The translations under genes were made by a program, and so were the position numbers. 36,217 nucleotides of DNA from an uncultured Clostridia bacterium (GTDB taxonomy: Bacteria; Bacillota; Clostridia; Christensenellales; UBA1242): assembly GCA_937900575.1 (NCBI GenBank), contig CALCEI010000167.1, positions 1 to 36,217 of the forward strand, read 5' to 3'. How positions within the stretch are numbered: position 1 is the first letter of the stretch; the number at the start of each line of letters is the position of its first letter. Below the pieces are notes generated by a model. The model made no database searches, had not been told where the DNA came from, and was given only the letters and a program-made list of their open reading frames with translations. Positions 9,068 to 19,171 of this stretch are shown in pieces.

Positions 9068-11438
9068 TTGATGCATCTGCAATCCTGCAACTTACAAGAT
9101 AAACAGGGTATGATGTTTCGCACACAACAATCAAATATAAGATATCGGTTGTTGAAAGTGCCACATATTTAAACACTGCTGGTAATAAGACAATGCATGC
9201 AACACAAACGCCGATTGAAGCAATGTACATAAATGATTTAAACCAATTGAATGGTTTACACATTTTGAACAATACAATGTAACCAACAACAAGTACTGCA
9301 AGTGAAGCCATGGTTACAAGTACTTCGGTTGAAACACCTGTAAATCTACGATAAGCATACATGGCAATTGTTGAAAGCACAAGTGTTAATCCTGCTGGAA
9401 TTGTGTTTCGGCCAATGTTTGCCATAAACTTTCCTTTTATTGGATTTGTGTTTGGTTGCAAAGCAAGGAAGAAGGAAGGTATGCCAACTACAAGACTTTC
9501 AAGCAACACAAATTGTATTGGAGAGAATGGGTAAGTTAATCCCAAGCACAATACAAAGATTGAAATGCAAATTGCAAAGAAGGTTTTCATTAAGAATAAA
9601 GATGATGACCTTTGAATGTTGTTTACAACACGTCTGCCTTCTGCAACAACACTTGGCATAGAACTGAAGTTACTATCCAACAACACAAGTTGACTTACAC
9701 TGCGTGCTGCGTCGCTTCCGGCTGCAATTGCAACGGAACAATCTGCTTCTTTAAGTGCCAAAATATCATTTACACCATCGCCTGTCATGGCAACAGTTTT
9801 TCCGGCTTGTTTAAGTGCTTTTACAAGCACTGCTTTTTGTTCTGGGCTAACACGTCCAAAAATTGAATATTTGGTTGCGGCTTCAATGACTTCTGCATTT
9901 GAAAGTCCATGTAAACTTATATATTTATCAGCATTGTCAACGCCAACACGTTTTGCAACTTCGCTTACTGTAATTGGGTTATCGCCAGAAATAATTTTTA
10001 TATCAACGCCATTATCTTTAAACCATTGAATTGTTTTTGGTGCATCTTTACGTATGTTGTCTTGCAACAATACGAATGCAACAGGTTTTGCATGTGTATT
10101 TGTGAATTGTGCATCGCATTCTGTAAGCATAAGAACACGGTAACCATTGGTTGCAAATTCTTCTGCTTGTTTTTTTATTTGTTCGGTTGGTTTATCCAAA
10201 ACATATTCGTACGCACCAAGTTTATACGCGCCAACTTGTTTAAATTTGCATGCCATAGATTTTCTTTCGCTTGAAAATGGCAATGCTTTTTCTGCAGAAT
10301 AGCATGGCTTTCCAAAGTAACCTTTAAGAGCCAATGCTGTGTTGTTTGTGTCGTGGAACGATGCCACCATGGAAGATATAATCTTATCCACTTCTGCTTG
10401 TGTTTTTGTGCCAAGCAACACAACATCTTTAACACTCATGCTTCCGTTTGTAAGTGTCCCGGTTTTATCCAAACAGAGCACATCTGTACGAGCCAACATT
10501 TCAATACAATACAAATCTTGCACCAAGGTACGCTTTTTTGCAAGACGAATTACACTAACTGCCAAAGCAATGGAAGTAAGCAAGAACATACCTGCTGGAA
10601 TCATGGCAATTATGCAACCGGCTGTTTTTGTTATTGTCATATAAATTAAAGATGAATCTGCAGGTAAGTTTTCTGGTATTGTATAAAATTGATAGTTATT
10701 GTAAGCCATAACAATTCCAATTGGAATCATGAACACGGCAATAATTTTCATAAGTGTACGCAAGGAACTTAACAATTCACTTTTGGATTGCTTAAAGGTT
10801 TTTGCCTTCTTGCTTAATTGAGCAATGTAGTTATCATTACCAATTTTGTTAACTTTTGCTTTGCATGTTCCACTAGAAATAAAACTGCCACCATAAAGTG
10901 TATCGCCTTTTTTCTTTTTAACAGGCAAACTTTCACCGGTAAGCAAACTTTCGTTAACTTCAACTGTGCCGTCAATAACAATGCTATCACATGCAATTTG
11001 CATGCCAGAATTTAACACCAAAACATCATCAAGCACAAGTTCTGTTTTGTAAATTTCAATTTCTTCGCCTTCACGGATAACTTTTGTAAAGTTTGAATTG
11101 GTTAAAGATAATTTATCCATTGTAATTTTTGCACGAATTTCTTGGACTATACCAATGGTTGTGTTCAAAACCACAATAACCATAAACAACATATCAGAAA
11201 ATGCACCAACAATTGCAAGTGCAATGGCAACTGCCAAACAAATCATGTTAAAAAATGTAAAAATGTTTTTGGAAAAAATACTCCAAATGCTTTTACTTGT
11301 TTTTACATTGGAAACGTTTACAAGGTGTTGTTCGTTTCTTGTTTTAATTTGTTTTGCATTTAAGCCTTCTGCTGGTTTTGGGTTGAAACGAGAAACATTT
11401 GTGTATAATTTTGGTTGAATAACTTTTGCTTTTGCCAT
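9048..11438 (-). CDS. Cation-translocating P-type ATPase (HAD-IC, P2-like Ca2+/Mg2+ group)
   Basis: Motifs LTGESLPV (actuator TGES), CLDKTGTLT (phosphorylation site), MTGDGVNDILALKEAD (hinge), and N- and C-terminal TM bundles. GGAG SD before the ATG at 11438. Confidence 0.9.
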   Translation of the reverse strand: MAKAKVIQPKLYTNVSRFNPKPAEGLNAKQIKTRNEQHLVNVSNVKTSKSIWSIFSKNIFTFFNMICLAVAIALAIVGAFSDMLFMVIVVLNTTIGIVQEIRAKITMDKLSLTNSNFTKVIREGEEIEIYKTELVLDDVLVLNSGMQIACDSIVIDGTVEVNESLLTGESLPVKKKKGDTLYGGSFISSGTCKAKVNKIGNDNYIAQLSKKAKTFKQSKSELLSSLRTLMKIIAVFMIPIGIVMAYNNYQFYTIPENLPADSSLIYMTITKTAGCIIAMIPAGMFLLTSIALAVSVIRLAKKRTLVQDLYCIEMLARTDVLCLDKTGTLTNGSMSVKDVVLLGTKTQAEVDKIISSMVASFHDTNNTALALKGYFGKPCYSAEKALPFSSERKSMACKFKQVGAYKLGAYEYVLDKPTEQIKKQAEEFATNGYRVLMLTECDAQFTNTHAKPVAFVLLQDNIRKDAPKTIQWFKDNGVDIKIISGDNPITVSEVAKRVGVDNADKYISLHGLSNAEVIEAATKYSIFGRVSPEQKAVLVKALKQAGKTVAMTGDGVNDILALKEADCSVAIAAGSDAARSVSQLVLLDSNFSSMPSVVAEGRRVVNNIQRSSSLFLMKTFFAICISIFVLCLGLTYPFSPIQFVLLESLVVGIPSFFLALQPNTNPIKGKFMANIGRNTIPAGLTLVLSTIAMYAYRRFTGVSTEVLVTMASLAVLVVGYIVLFKMCKPFNWFKSFMYIASIGVCVACIVLLPAVFKYVALSTTDILYLIVVCETSYPVYLVSCRIADASTKLPIS

Positions 11439-11553
11439 AAATTAACTCCATTAATATCAATTTTATATTATCATATTTATTTTATATTAACAACAGAAAT
11501 GTGCTATTTTAACAAATTCTATTAAACAAACATAAACATTATTGGAGAAATTT

Positions 11554-12069
11554 ATGGAAATTAAAGACTTAAAAATAAAAGCGGAAAAGCTTTACCCCGA
11601 ACTTGAGAATGTGGTTGAAGATAGGCAAGCAGTTACAGTTTTAAAAAATTTACTTTCGTCAAACAGGGGAGAGATGGCCGGTGTTTTGCAATATATTTTT
11701 CAATCTGTGGAAGCAAACAAAACCAACCAAGAAATTGGCAACCTTTTTGAAGAAATTTCTGTTGTTGAAATGCTACATACCAATTTATTGATGAATGCCA
11801 TAACAGAGTTTGGTGGTGTTGCAAAATTTGAAGATGCTTATGGAAACATTTTTAACGGAAATTACATAAATTATTCGTTAAAATTAAAAGAAATGTTGGA
11901 GCACAACATCAAGGCAGAACAGCAAGCGATTGAAGACTATTTGTCGGCAATAAAAACAGTTAAAAACGAAAGTTTAAAACAACTTTTTGAACGCATTATT
12001 GAAGATGAAAAATTGCACCTTGACGCATTTAAAACCGTGCGCGATACAGTGCAATTTATGTCTATTTAA
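11554..12069 (+). CDS. Ferritin-like diiron/dimanganese four-helix-bundle protein (Mn-catalase / CotJC-like family)
   Basis: GGAG SD at 11544-11547, then ATG at 11554 (the tracker's TTG at 11542 is rejected). Paired E...ExxH motifs: GEMAGVLQYIFQS, EISVVEMLHTN, KAEQQAIEDY, EDEKLHLDAF. These resemble the CotJC/rubrerythrin-like metal ligands. Confidence 0.6.
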   Translation: MEIKDLKIKAEKLYPELENVVEDRQAVTVLKNLLSSNRGEMAGVLQYIFQSVEANKTNQEIGNLFEEISVVEMLHTNLLMNAITEFGGVAKFEDAYGNIFNGNYINYSLKLKEMLEHNIKAEQQAIEDYLSAIKTVKNESLKQLFERIIEDEKLHLDAFKTVRDTVQFMSI

Positions 12070-12082
12070 ATTTAAAATTTTG

Positions 12083-12820
12083 TTATTTACTAAACAACAT
12101 TAATTCTCTTAACTTGCCGTATTTATTAACTTCTTTTAAGTGCTTTTTGTTTATAACAGAATGAGATTTAATAAGCAATTCGTTGTTGAAATTGAAGATG
12201 TCTTTTGTGCAAATTCTACCAATTAAAAAGTCGCTGTTTTGCATGCTTATTTTTGCTGTTTCAACTTCTATAATGGAAACATTTTCTGGCTTTGCATTTT
12301 CTGCTGGCATTGTTTCAACAGTTTGCACTTCAACTTCAGTTTTAAACACTTTTGGAGACTTGCATGGAACAAATTTTTGCATGTTTATTTTTTCTTCGTT
12401 ATCAAAGAAAATTACTGTGTTTTTTCCACTCGACGCAAGATTGCATGCAGAAAGTAAATTTCCATTATCCAAAGAAAATTTGTCTGTCAAAAATTTTTCA
12501 TTTAAGGAAACTTCTTTTATTACGCCAAGATATTCGCCACGAATTGTGTAAGCCTTTGCTCCAATTGGACAAACACACAAATTGCTTTCTTCCACTTTTA
12601 AGTTGATTGCAAGATTATTTTTTATTGTTATTGCGTTTTTGCCAATGTGATATATGTTTTTTGTAGGCAACAAAAACTTTGCATCATTTTCGCCAATAAT
12701 TTCCAAAGAAATTAATTTTTTAAGTTTTTTATCAAAGTACAATTTATTTACATTGCCAATCAATTCGCCTTCGTAAAGTGAAAGTACGCACAAAGATTTT
12801 AATTCATTACAACAATACAT
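12083..12820 (-). CDS. PRC-barrel domain protein (two YlmC/YmxH-like PRC barrels)
   Basis: AGAGGT SD. N-terminal LKSLCVLSLYEGELIGNVNKLYFDKKLKKLISLEI and a second copy GAKAYTIRGEYLGVIKEVSLNEK fit the PRC-barrel pattern of the sporulation-associated YlmC/YmxH family. Confidence 0.55.
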   Translation of the reverse strand: MYCCNELKSLCVLSLYEGELIGNVNKLYFDKKLKKLISLEIIGENDAKFLLPTKNIYHIGKNAITIKNNLAINLKVEESNLCVCPIGAKAYTIRGEYLGVIKEVSLNEKFLTDKFSLDNGNLLSACNLASSGKNTVIFFDNEEKINMQKFVPCKSPKVFKTEVEVQTVETMPAENAKPENVSIIEVETAKISMQNSDFLIGRICTKDIFNFNNELLIKSHSVINKKHLKEVNKYGKLRELMLFSK

Positions 12821-13001
12821 AATATACCTCTTAAGTAATTTATTGTTTAAATTTTTAAATATGCAAACAGAAGTGTTTAAAGTTGAAGCAGATTTTGTCT
12901 AAATTTTTGGATTTTTGCTAAACGGCACACAAATATTGCAAACATTCATTTTTCAGTTGGTTTAATTGAATAAAAACACAAGTATTCCTTAAAATAACCG
13001 T

Positions 13002-14459
13002 ATGAATATAGACGCAGAAAAGACCTTGAAACAAATTAAAACCAAACTTCACAACAGTAGTGATTTAAAGTCACGAACGGTGCAGTTTTTTGGAATTTCT
13101 TTAAGCATTTGTTACATTGCAGATATAACAGATAATCAACTGCTTAATGATACAGTTATGCACCCCCTTTGCACAGAACTTGGTAAGAATAAATCAAATG
13201 TTAACTTAAAATTTATTAAAGAAAATGTACTAACAAACGGCGAAGTGGAAGAAACGGATAGCGTTTCTTATGCTGTTGAACGTTTGCTTTCTGGCAGAGC
13301 CTTGGTTATGCTTACGGGTGCAGACAAAATTTTGTGTTGTGATGTGGAAAAAATTACTGTTCGTGCCGTAACTGAACCACCAACAAGTGTGGTTATTAAA
13401 GGTCCACGTGAAGGATTTACCGAAAGCATAAAATACAATTTGGCGCTTATAAGGCGCAGGGTTAAAACGGACGATTTGGTTGTTAAAATGATGCAGGTTG
13501 GCGAGCTTACAAAAACACAAGTTAGCCTTGTTTATTTCAATTCCGTTGCCGACAAAACAATTGTTAAAAAAATTGAAAAGCGAATTAAAAGTATAAAGAT
13601 TGACGGAGTGCTTGATAGTCATTATTTGGTTTCTTACTTACAAAAAAATCCAAAGTCGCTTTTTAAACAAGTTGGCGATGTGGAAAAACCAGATATTTTG
13701 GTCGGCAAGATGTTGGAAGGGCGTGTTGGAATTTTGGTTGATGGAAGCCCAATTGCTTTAACTTTGCCATTTATTTTGATTGAAGATTTGCAAAACAGTG
13801 ATGACTATTATAGTCAGCCAATAAGGGTAAGTTTTATTAGGATATTGCGTTTGGTTGGTGTTGTGCTTGCAGTGTTGTTGCCCGGTGTTTATGTCGCACT
13901 TGAAAGGTTCCATTATAAAATTTTGCCAACCGAGTTTTTGGTTACAATTATGAACACAACACAAGGCATACCGTTTTCGCCTTTTGCCGAAGTTCTGTTT
14001 GTTGTTTTGTTGTTTGAAATTTTGTACGAAGCAAATTTACGTATGCCACAATATTTTGGTATGGCAATGAGCATTGTTGGGGCACTTATTCTTGGCGAAA
14101 CTGCCATTAATGCAGGTCTTGTTAGCCCACCAACAGTTATGATTGTTGCTCTGTCAGGAATTATATTTTACATTGTGCCAAGTCAGGCAGCACAATTTAG
14201 CATTTTAAGGCTTATGGCAATTGTTGTTGGCGCTGCATTGGGACTTTATGGAATACTTTTGTTTTGCACGTTTATACTTTCTTATCTTTCAAGTTTTGAT
14301 AGTTACCAAAGCGCTTATCTTGCACCAACTGCACCATTTATTAAAGACGATCAAAAAGATGCCTACATGCGCAAGTCAATAAAGGAAATGATAAAACGTC
14401 CAAAAGCCATTGCAAACAACAAAAAGAATATTGACAGGAGACGAAACAATGAAGATTAA
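13002..14459 (+). CDS. Spore germination protein, GerA (GerAA/KA) family subunit A
   Basis: 485 aa. A soluble N-terminal domain is followed by a C-terminal TM bundle (LRLVGVVLAVLLPGVYVALERFHYKILPTEFL..., ILGETAINAGLVSPPTVMIVALSGI), typical of GerAA-type receptors. It is the first gene of a three-gene ger operon. Confidence 0.9.
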   Translation: MNIDAEKTLKQIKTKLHNSSDLKSRTVQFFGISLSICYIADITDNQLLNDTVMHPLCTELGKNKSNVNLKFIKENVLTNGEVEETDSVSYAVERLLSGRALVMLTGADKILCCDVEKITVRAVTEPPTSVVIKGPREGFTESIKYNLALIRRRVKTDDLVVKMMQVGELTKTQVSLVYFNSVADKTIVKKIEKRIKSIKIDGVLDSHYLVSYLQKNPKSLFKQVGDVEKPDILVGKMLEGRVGILVDGSPIALTLPFILIEDLQNSDDYYSQPIRVSFIRILRLVGVVLAVLLPGVYVALERFHYKILPTEFLVTIMNTTQGIPFSPFAEVLFVVLLFEILYEANLRMPQYFGMAMSIVGALILGETAINAGLVSPPTVMIVALSGIIFYIVPSQAAQFSILRLMAIVVGAALGLYGILLFCTFILSYLSSFDSYQSAYLAPTAPFIKDDQKDAYMRKSIKEMIKRPKAIANNKKNIDRRRNNED

Positions 14460-15567
14460 TTATCGCCAATTATCAGTTTTGGTTTTTATGAGTTTTGTTG
14501 CCTTAAAATTTTTGGCATTGCCAAGTTTGTTATATGAAATAAGTGGCAACATGAGTATTTTTGTTGCTCTTGTTTTGATGATTATTGATGGAATTTATGT
14601 TTACATTTTGTTAGGCCTTATGAAAAAGTGCAACGAGAAAAACATTTTGGATTTTATGCGCAAATGTTTTGGAACAATCATCACAAAAATCTTGCTTATT
14701 TTGTTGATGTTTAAATATGCTTTGGTTGTTGCAAACCTTGCAAAAGGTCTTGAATTTTTTGTTGTGGAAAATCTTTACAAAGAATTTGATTGGCTTGTGT
14801 TTGTTTTGCCACTTATTGCTTTGAGTGCTTTTATGATTTATAAAGGTGTAAGGAACATTGCACGTGTTTGTGAATTGGTTTGCTGGTTTGTTTTCTTTGG
14901 TTTGATTTATGTTTCTTTAAAAGCCATAAAAGGTGTTGAGCCAATGAGTTATTTGCCACTGTTTAAAGATGGGGTTGTGCCATTAGTTAAAAGTGGATTT
15001 ACTTATCTTAATTGGTTTGGTTCGGGAATTTTTATGGTTATGTTGTTTGGTTCGGTGGATTTTACAACAAAGAAAAATGGCACAATGATTAGGTTTTTGT
15101 TGTATTCTTTGGCCTTGGTTATGTTGGTTTATTTTATATTTTATGGGTTGTTTGAAATTACAAGTTCAACACACAATTTTTGCATAAGTGCAATAAGCGA
15201 ATACAATACAGGTAAATCTGCCATTGACGAATTATCTTGGCTTATTGTGGCACTTTGGATTGTTGCTCAAGCAGTGCAACTTGCATTGTATGGATTTTGC
15301 CTTTCTCAAACAATAAAATTTACTTTTGAAATTAACAACGAAGTTGTGCCAATATTAGTTGTTGTTGCTTTTATGCTGGTGTGGAGTTTTTTGGGCGAAC
15401 AAACAATAAGGCTGGAAGAAATTTTCTTTTCTGTGCCTGTTTCAATTCTTAATATTATAACGTCATATGTAATTCCAATTTTGCTGTGGATTGGTTACGG
15501 AATAAGTAAGCATAAGAAAAAGAAACCAAAAGGAGCAAAGCATGAAAAAATTAAAAACACTGTTTAG
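14449..15567 (+). CDS. Spore germination permease, GerAB family (APC superfamily) subunit B
   Basis: AGGAG SD, then ATG at 14449 (MKINYRQLSVLVFMSF...). About 10 TM helices. Overlaps gerAA by 11 nt. The tracker's upstream start at 14410 is rejected. Confidence 0.85.
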   Translation: MKINYRQLSVLVFMSFVALKFLALPSLLYEISGNMSIFVALVLMIIDGIYVYILLGLMKKCNEKNILDFMRKCFGTIITKILLILLMFKYALVVANLAKGLEFFVVENLYKEFDWLVFVLPLIALSAFMIYKGVRNIARVCELVCWFVFFGLIYVSLKAIKGVEPMSYLPLFKDGVVPLVKSGFTYLNWFGSGIFMVMLFGSVDFTTKKNGTMIRFLLYSLALVMLVYFIFYGLFEITSSTHNFCISAISEYNTGKSAIDELSWLIVALWIVAQAVQLALYGFCLSQTIKFTFEINNEVVPILVVVAFMLVWSFLGEQTIRLEEIFFSVPVSILNIITSYVIPILLWIGYGISKHKKKKPKGAKHEKIKNTV

Positions 15568-16771
15568 TCCACGTAAACTTGCAGTGTGGTTATTATTGTT
15601 AACTCTTGCTTTTACTTTGCCGGCAGTAAGCAAACCAGCATTAAGTGAAACAGACGCAATTGTAACCATGCTTTGTGTGGATAAGGTTGACGATAACATT
15701 GAACTTGCAATGGTTGTTTTAACTCCCGTGGAAGGACGAAGCACAGGATATGAAGTTTACACTTCAAGTGCGCCAACGGTTGGAGTTGCTGTTGACAATG
15801 CATCACTTTCTATTGGTAAAGATATTGGCTTTGCGCAATGCGAAATTGTGGCACTTGGGAGCAACATTTGTTCCGATGGTGTTATGCAAATTTTGGACTA
15901 TATGACACGTACCAAAAAAGTTGGCAGAAACACCATTTTGATTGAGTGTGATGGCGATATTGTAGACTTTGCAAAAACGGTTAAAAAACTTAATGTTGAG
16001 CAATCACTTAAACTTGAAAACATAATTAATTATGATTCAAGATATGTCCTTTCTGAAGTAAGCAACATCGAAAATTTTATTTGCGATTATTACGAAGATA
16101 TTTCGGTTGGATTTATGCCAATTGTAAAATTGGAAGATGAAGGCGATATCAATGCCATTGAAGTATCATCAATTGAAGGTGGCGGGAATTTGTCTTCAAT
16201 GCAACCAAATCAACAAGAAAGCAAAAAATACATTTTAAACAGTGGAGAAATGGCTGTGTTTAAAAATGGAAAAAGTTTGCTTACCCTAACAAAACAACAA
16301 GTTATTCAATTTAATATTTTCACCAATAATTCACAAAAAGGAACAATTATTGTCAACCATGTTACAGACGATATTTATACAGATGCTACTGTGGTTATTA
16401 ACGTCATTAAAAAGACAATTAATGTAAAACCAAGTTTTAAAGACGGCAAGCCAATTTACGATGTAAGCCTTGATGTTACCGTGCTTGTGGACGAAGTTAA
16501 AGAAAACCCACCAACAGAAAAATTATTGGTGCACGACCAGAAATTTTTAAGCGATGCCGTTATTGAAAAAATAAAAGAAAGAAACGTTGAAGACATGCAA
16601 ACCATTGTGGATTTTTGCAAAGCCAATGGCGTTGATTTAATTGGTGTTTACAAACATTTTTATGCCTACCAAAACAAACCTTTTGAAGAATATTTGCGCC
16701 GTGTTGGAAAAGAAAAATACCTTGATGAGATAACATTTAATTATCACACCAAGGTAAGTACTGAATATTAA
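15542..16771 (+). CDS. Ger(x)C-family germination protein subunit C (no lipobox cysteine)
   Basis: AGGAG SD. The signal-like N-terminus is followed by the family-typical SETDAIVTMLCVDKVDDNIELAMVVLTP segment. Overlaps gerAB by 26 nt. There is no L-x-x-C lipobox after the hydrophobic core. Confidence 0.8.
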   Translation: MKKLKTLFSPRKLAVWLLLLTLAFTLPAVSKPALSETDAIVTMLCVDKVDDNIELAMVVLTPVEGRSTGYEVYTSSAPTVGVAVDNASLSIGKDIGFAQCEIVALGSNICSDGVMQILDYMTRTKKVGRNTILIECDGDIVDFAKTVKKLNVEQSLKLENIINYDSRYVLSEVSNIENFICDYYEDISVGFMPIVKLEDEGDINAIEVSSIEGGGNLSSMQPNQQESKKYILNSGEMAVFKNGKSLLTLTKQQVIQFNIFTNNSQKGTIIVNHVTDDIYTDATVVINVIKKTINVKPSFKDGKPIYDVSLDVTVLVDEVKENPPTEKLLVHDQKFLSDAVIEKIKERNVEDMQTIVDFCKANGVDLIGVYKHFYAYQNKPFEEYLRRVGKEKYLDEITFNYHTKVSTEY

Positions 16772-16773
16772 TT

Positions 16774-19161
16774 TTATGACCTTAAACTTAAACCAATTTT
16801 TTGCATCTCTGCAATCAAGCGAGAAGAGAATTTTTCAATGTCGCTTGTTTCCAAAGTTCTATCTTTTGGTGTAAGCACAAAGTTGATTGTGTAACTAATT
16901 TTGTCTTTAAGCACTTCATCATTTACGTAAATATCTTTTAAAGAATGTTCCAAAATGTAACTCGCACGGAAGTTAGACAATGCTTTTTCAATTTCACCAT
17001 AAGGCATGGATTTATCTGCCACAAAGTTATAGTCCACAGAAACACTTTGGAATTTGCTTGTTGGGTTAACTTTGAAGGTGTTGTGTTGACAATTCAATAA
17101 TTTGTTAACGTCCAATTCCAACACAGCGAAATGTTTACGTTTGTCTATGTTGTTTGCAATTGATGGATGAAGTATGCCCATAAGTCCAACTTCAGTTCCG
17201 TTTTGCGCAATTGTGCAGGAATTTACAGGGTGATACATTTTGTTTGTGTTGTTCAAATTGTATTCCACTGTGCAATTTGCCAAGTGTTTGCTTATGTGTT
17301 CAACAATGTTTTTAAGTTCAAAGTATAATTCCTTATCTTGCCTTGTTTCGCTAGCAAGCACAATGGCAAGTTTTTTCTTTTCAACTGCCAATTTATTTTC
17401 GTCCAATTCGTCAACAACACGTCCAATTTCAAAAATGCCAATGTTGTCAAATTTGTTTTTGTTGTCGTCTGCAATTTTCAAAAGTGTTGGAACAAGGGCA
17501 CTACGTATGCCACTTTGTCCACTTTTTGATGCGTCCACAAGGTGTAACACACTTTCTTGCTCGATGCCAACTGACTTATTGAAATCTGTATAATTCCAAA
17601 CATGGCTGTGCACTTCGTTTAAGTTAAACAAACTTGCCAAAGCATATTTTATTGAATATTCAAATTGATGAATTGGCAATTGGTCAACAGGAGTTAAAGG
17701 CATGCTCATAACAGCACTTTTGATGTTATCATAGCCATAAATTCTAAAGATTTCTTCAACCAAATCTTCTTTTATTGAAACGTCTTTTGTGCCACGGTAA
17801 CTTGGCACTGTAACACTTAATTTGCCGTTTGTTTTATCTGCTACTTCAACGCCAAATCCAAGGCGAGTTAATGTGTCAACAACTTCTTCCAAAGTTAATT
17901 TTACACCACCACGACGGAACAAGAAATCCAAATCAATTTCAATTTTGTGTTGTGGATAATGGAAATTGTAAACATCTGTCAAACTTGATGTCACATTAAT
18001 TTCTGGGTCTGCTTTTTTAAGTAAATAAATTAATCTTGCAATTGCCGTTGAGCAAAGTTCTGGGTCCAAAGATTTTTCGTATCTTTGGCTTGCATCTGTA
18101 ATTAAACCAACTTTATGGCTTGTCTTTCTTACGGCAGCGCAATCAAAACATGCACTTTCAAGCAAGAGAGACGTTGTGTCTTCACTGATTCCAGATTTTA
18201 AACCACCCTTAATGCCGGCAATGGCAACAGGAGATTTTTCTTCATCACAAATAACAAGTGAGCCAGGTTCAATAACGTGTGTTTCGTGTTCTAATGTTTC
18301 CATATTCACGTTTTTATCCGTTTCAACAACTGTAATTCCTTTTACAATTGCATTATCAAATGCGTGCATTGGTTGTCCAACTTCAAGCATAAGATAGTTT
18401 GTCATGTCTGCAAGCAAGTTGATATCACGCATGCCACAATAATTTAATCTTAATTTAATAAGGGCAGGTGAAGTGTGTTTTAAAACGTTGTTTACTGTAA
18501 TTCCACAATATCTAAAACAATTTTTTGTTTCTACCTTAATATCTAATTTTGGAAGGTTATTATATTTTGTTAAATCTTCAAGTTCAAGTGCTTTTAATGG
18601 ACGTTTGAAGATGGTTGCAAATTCACGTGCAATGCCATAATGTCCCCACAAGTCTGGACGGTTTGTTAAGGATTTGTTGTCTATTTCAATTATTGTATCT
18701 TCAACAGGCAACATATCTTTAAGGTCTGTGCCAACAACTGCATCTTCTGGCAATTCCACAATTCCGTGTTCATCACTATCAATGCCGAGTTCGTTGCCAC
18801 CACAACACATGCCGTAACTATCCACACCAACAAGTTTTGCTGGTTTAATTTGCATGCCTTGTACATTGCCACCAACACGTGCAAAGAAAGTTTTTAAACC
18901 AACACGTACATTTGGTGCACCGCAAACAACCTGAACAGGCGCACCAGTGCCATCATTTACTGTTAATATGTGCAAATGGTTGCTGTTTGGGTGATTTTCA
19001 ACTGTCAAAATCTCTGCAACAACAATATTGGAAAGATTTTCGCCCTTATGTTCAACGCCTTCAACTTCAGCAGTGGAAAGGCCAAAACGTGTTACAAGGT
19101 CTTCAGTTGATATATCTTTTAAATCTACAAATTCATTTATCCAATTTAATGAAATTTTCAT
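16774..19161 (-). CDS. pheT: Phenylalanine--tRNA ligase beta subunit
   Basis: 795 aa. Has the N-terminal tRNA-binding (EMAP/OB) domain VAEILTVENHPNSNHLHILTVNDG, the B3/4 and B5 regions and the C-terminal FDX-ACB-like tail. AAGGAG SD. Lies 11 nt downstream of pheS. Confidence 0.95.
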   Translation of the reverse strand: MKISLNWINEFVDLKDISTEDLVTRFGLSTAEVEGVEHKGENLSNIVVAEILTVENHPNSNHLHILTVNDGTGAPVQVVCGAPNVRVGLKTFFARVGGNVQGMQIKPAKLVGVDSYGMCCGGNELGIDSDEHGIVELPEDAVVGTDLKDMLPVEDTIIEIDNKSLTNRPDLWGHYGIAREFATIFKRPLKALELEDLTKYNNLPKLDIKVETKNCFRYCGITVNNVLKHTSPALIKLRLNYCGMRDINLLADMTNYLMLEVGQPMHAFDNAIVKGITVVETDKNVNMETLEHETHVIEPGSLVICDEEKSPVAIAGIKGGLKSGISEDTTSLLLESACFDCAAVRKTSHKVGLITDASQRYEKSLDPELCSTAIARLIYLLKKADPEINVTSSLTDVYNFHYPQHKIEIDLDFLFRRGGVKLTLEEVVDTLTRLGFGVEVADKTNGKLSVTVPSYRGTKDVSIKEDLVEEIFRIYGYDNIKSAVMSMPLTPVDQLPIHQFEYSIKYALASLFNLNEVHSHVWNYTDFNKSVGIEQESVLHLVDASKSGQSGIRSALVPTLLKIADDNKNKFDNIGIFEIGRVVDELDENKLAVEKKKLAIVLASETRQDKELYFELKNIVEHISKHLANCTVEYNLNNTNKMYHPVNSCTIAQNGTEVGLMGILHPSIANNIDKRKHFAVLELDVNKLLNCQHNTFKVNPTSKFQSVSVDYNFVADKSMPYGEIEKALSNFRASYILEHSLKDIYVNDEVLKDKISYTINFVLTPKDRTLETSDIEKFSSRLIAEMQKIGLSLRS

Positions 19162-19171
19162 ATTTTGCTCC

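Noticed and set aside
9440-11418. Eleven plus-strand ORFs (60-106 aa) inside the P-type ATPase gene
   Set aside because: They are antisense shadow ORFs of a well-supported 796-aa gene, with low-complexity, Cys/Phe/Asn-rich translations and no SDs. The same reasoning applies to antisense ORFs inside the giant gene, the PRC-barrel gene (12183-12606), gerAA, pheT/pheS (including 18879-19343), spoIIE (22038-23026), rmuC (28175-28908), vanW, the LRR gene (31559-31855) and the DnaC-like gene.
12821-13001. Forespore (sigma-G/F-type) promoter upstream of the gerA-type operon
   Set aside because: A TGAATA-like -35 is present near 12967, but I could not find a convincing CATA..TA -10 at 17-18-nt spacing. 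The evidence is too weak to annotate.
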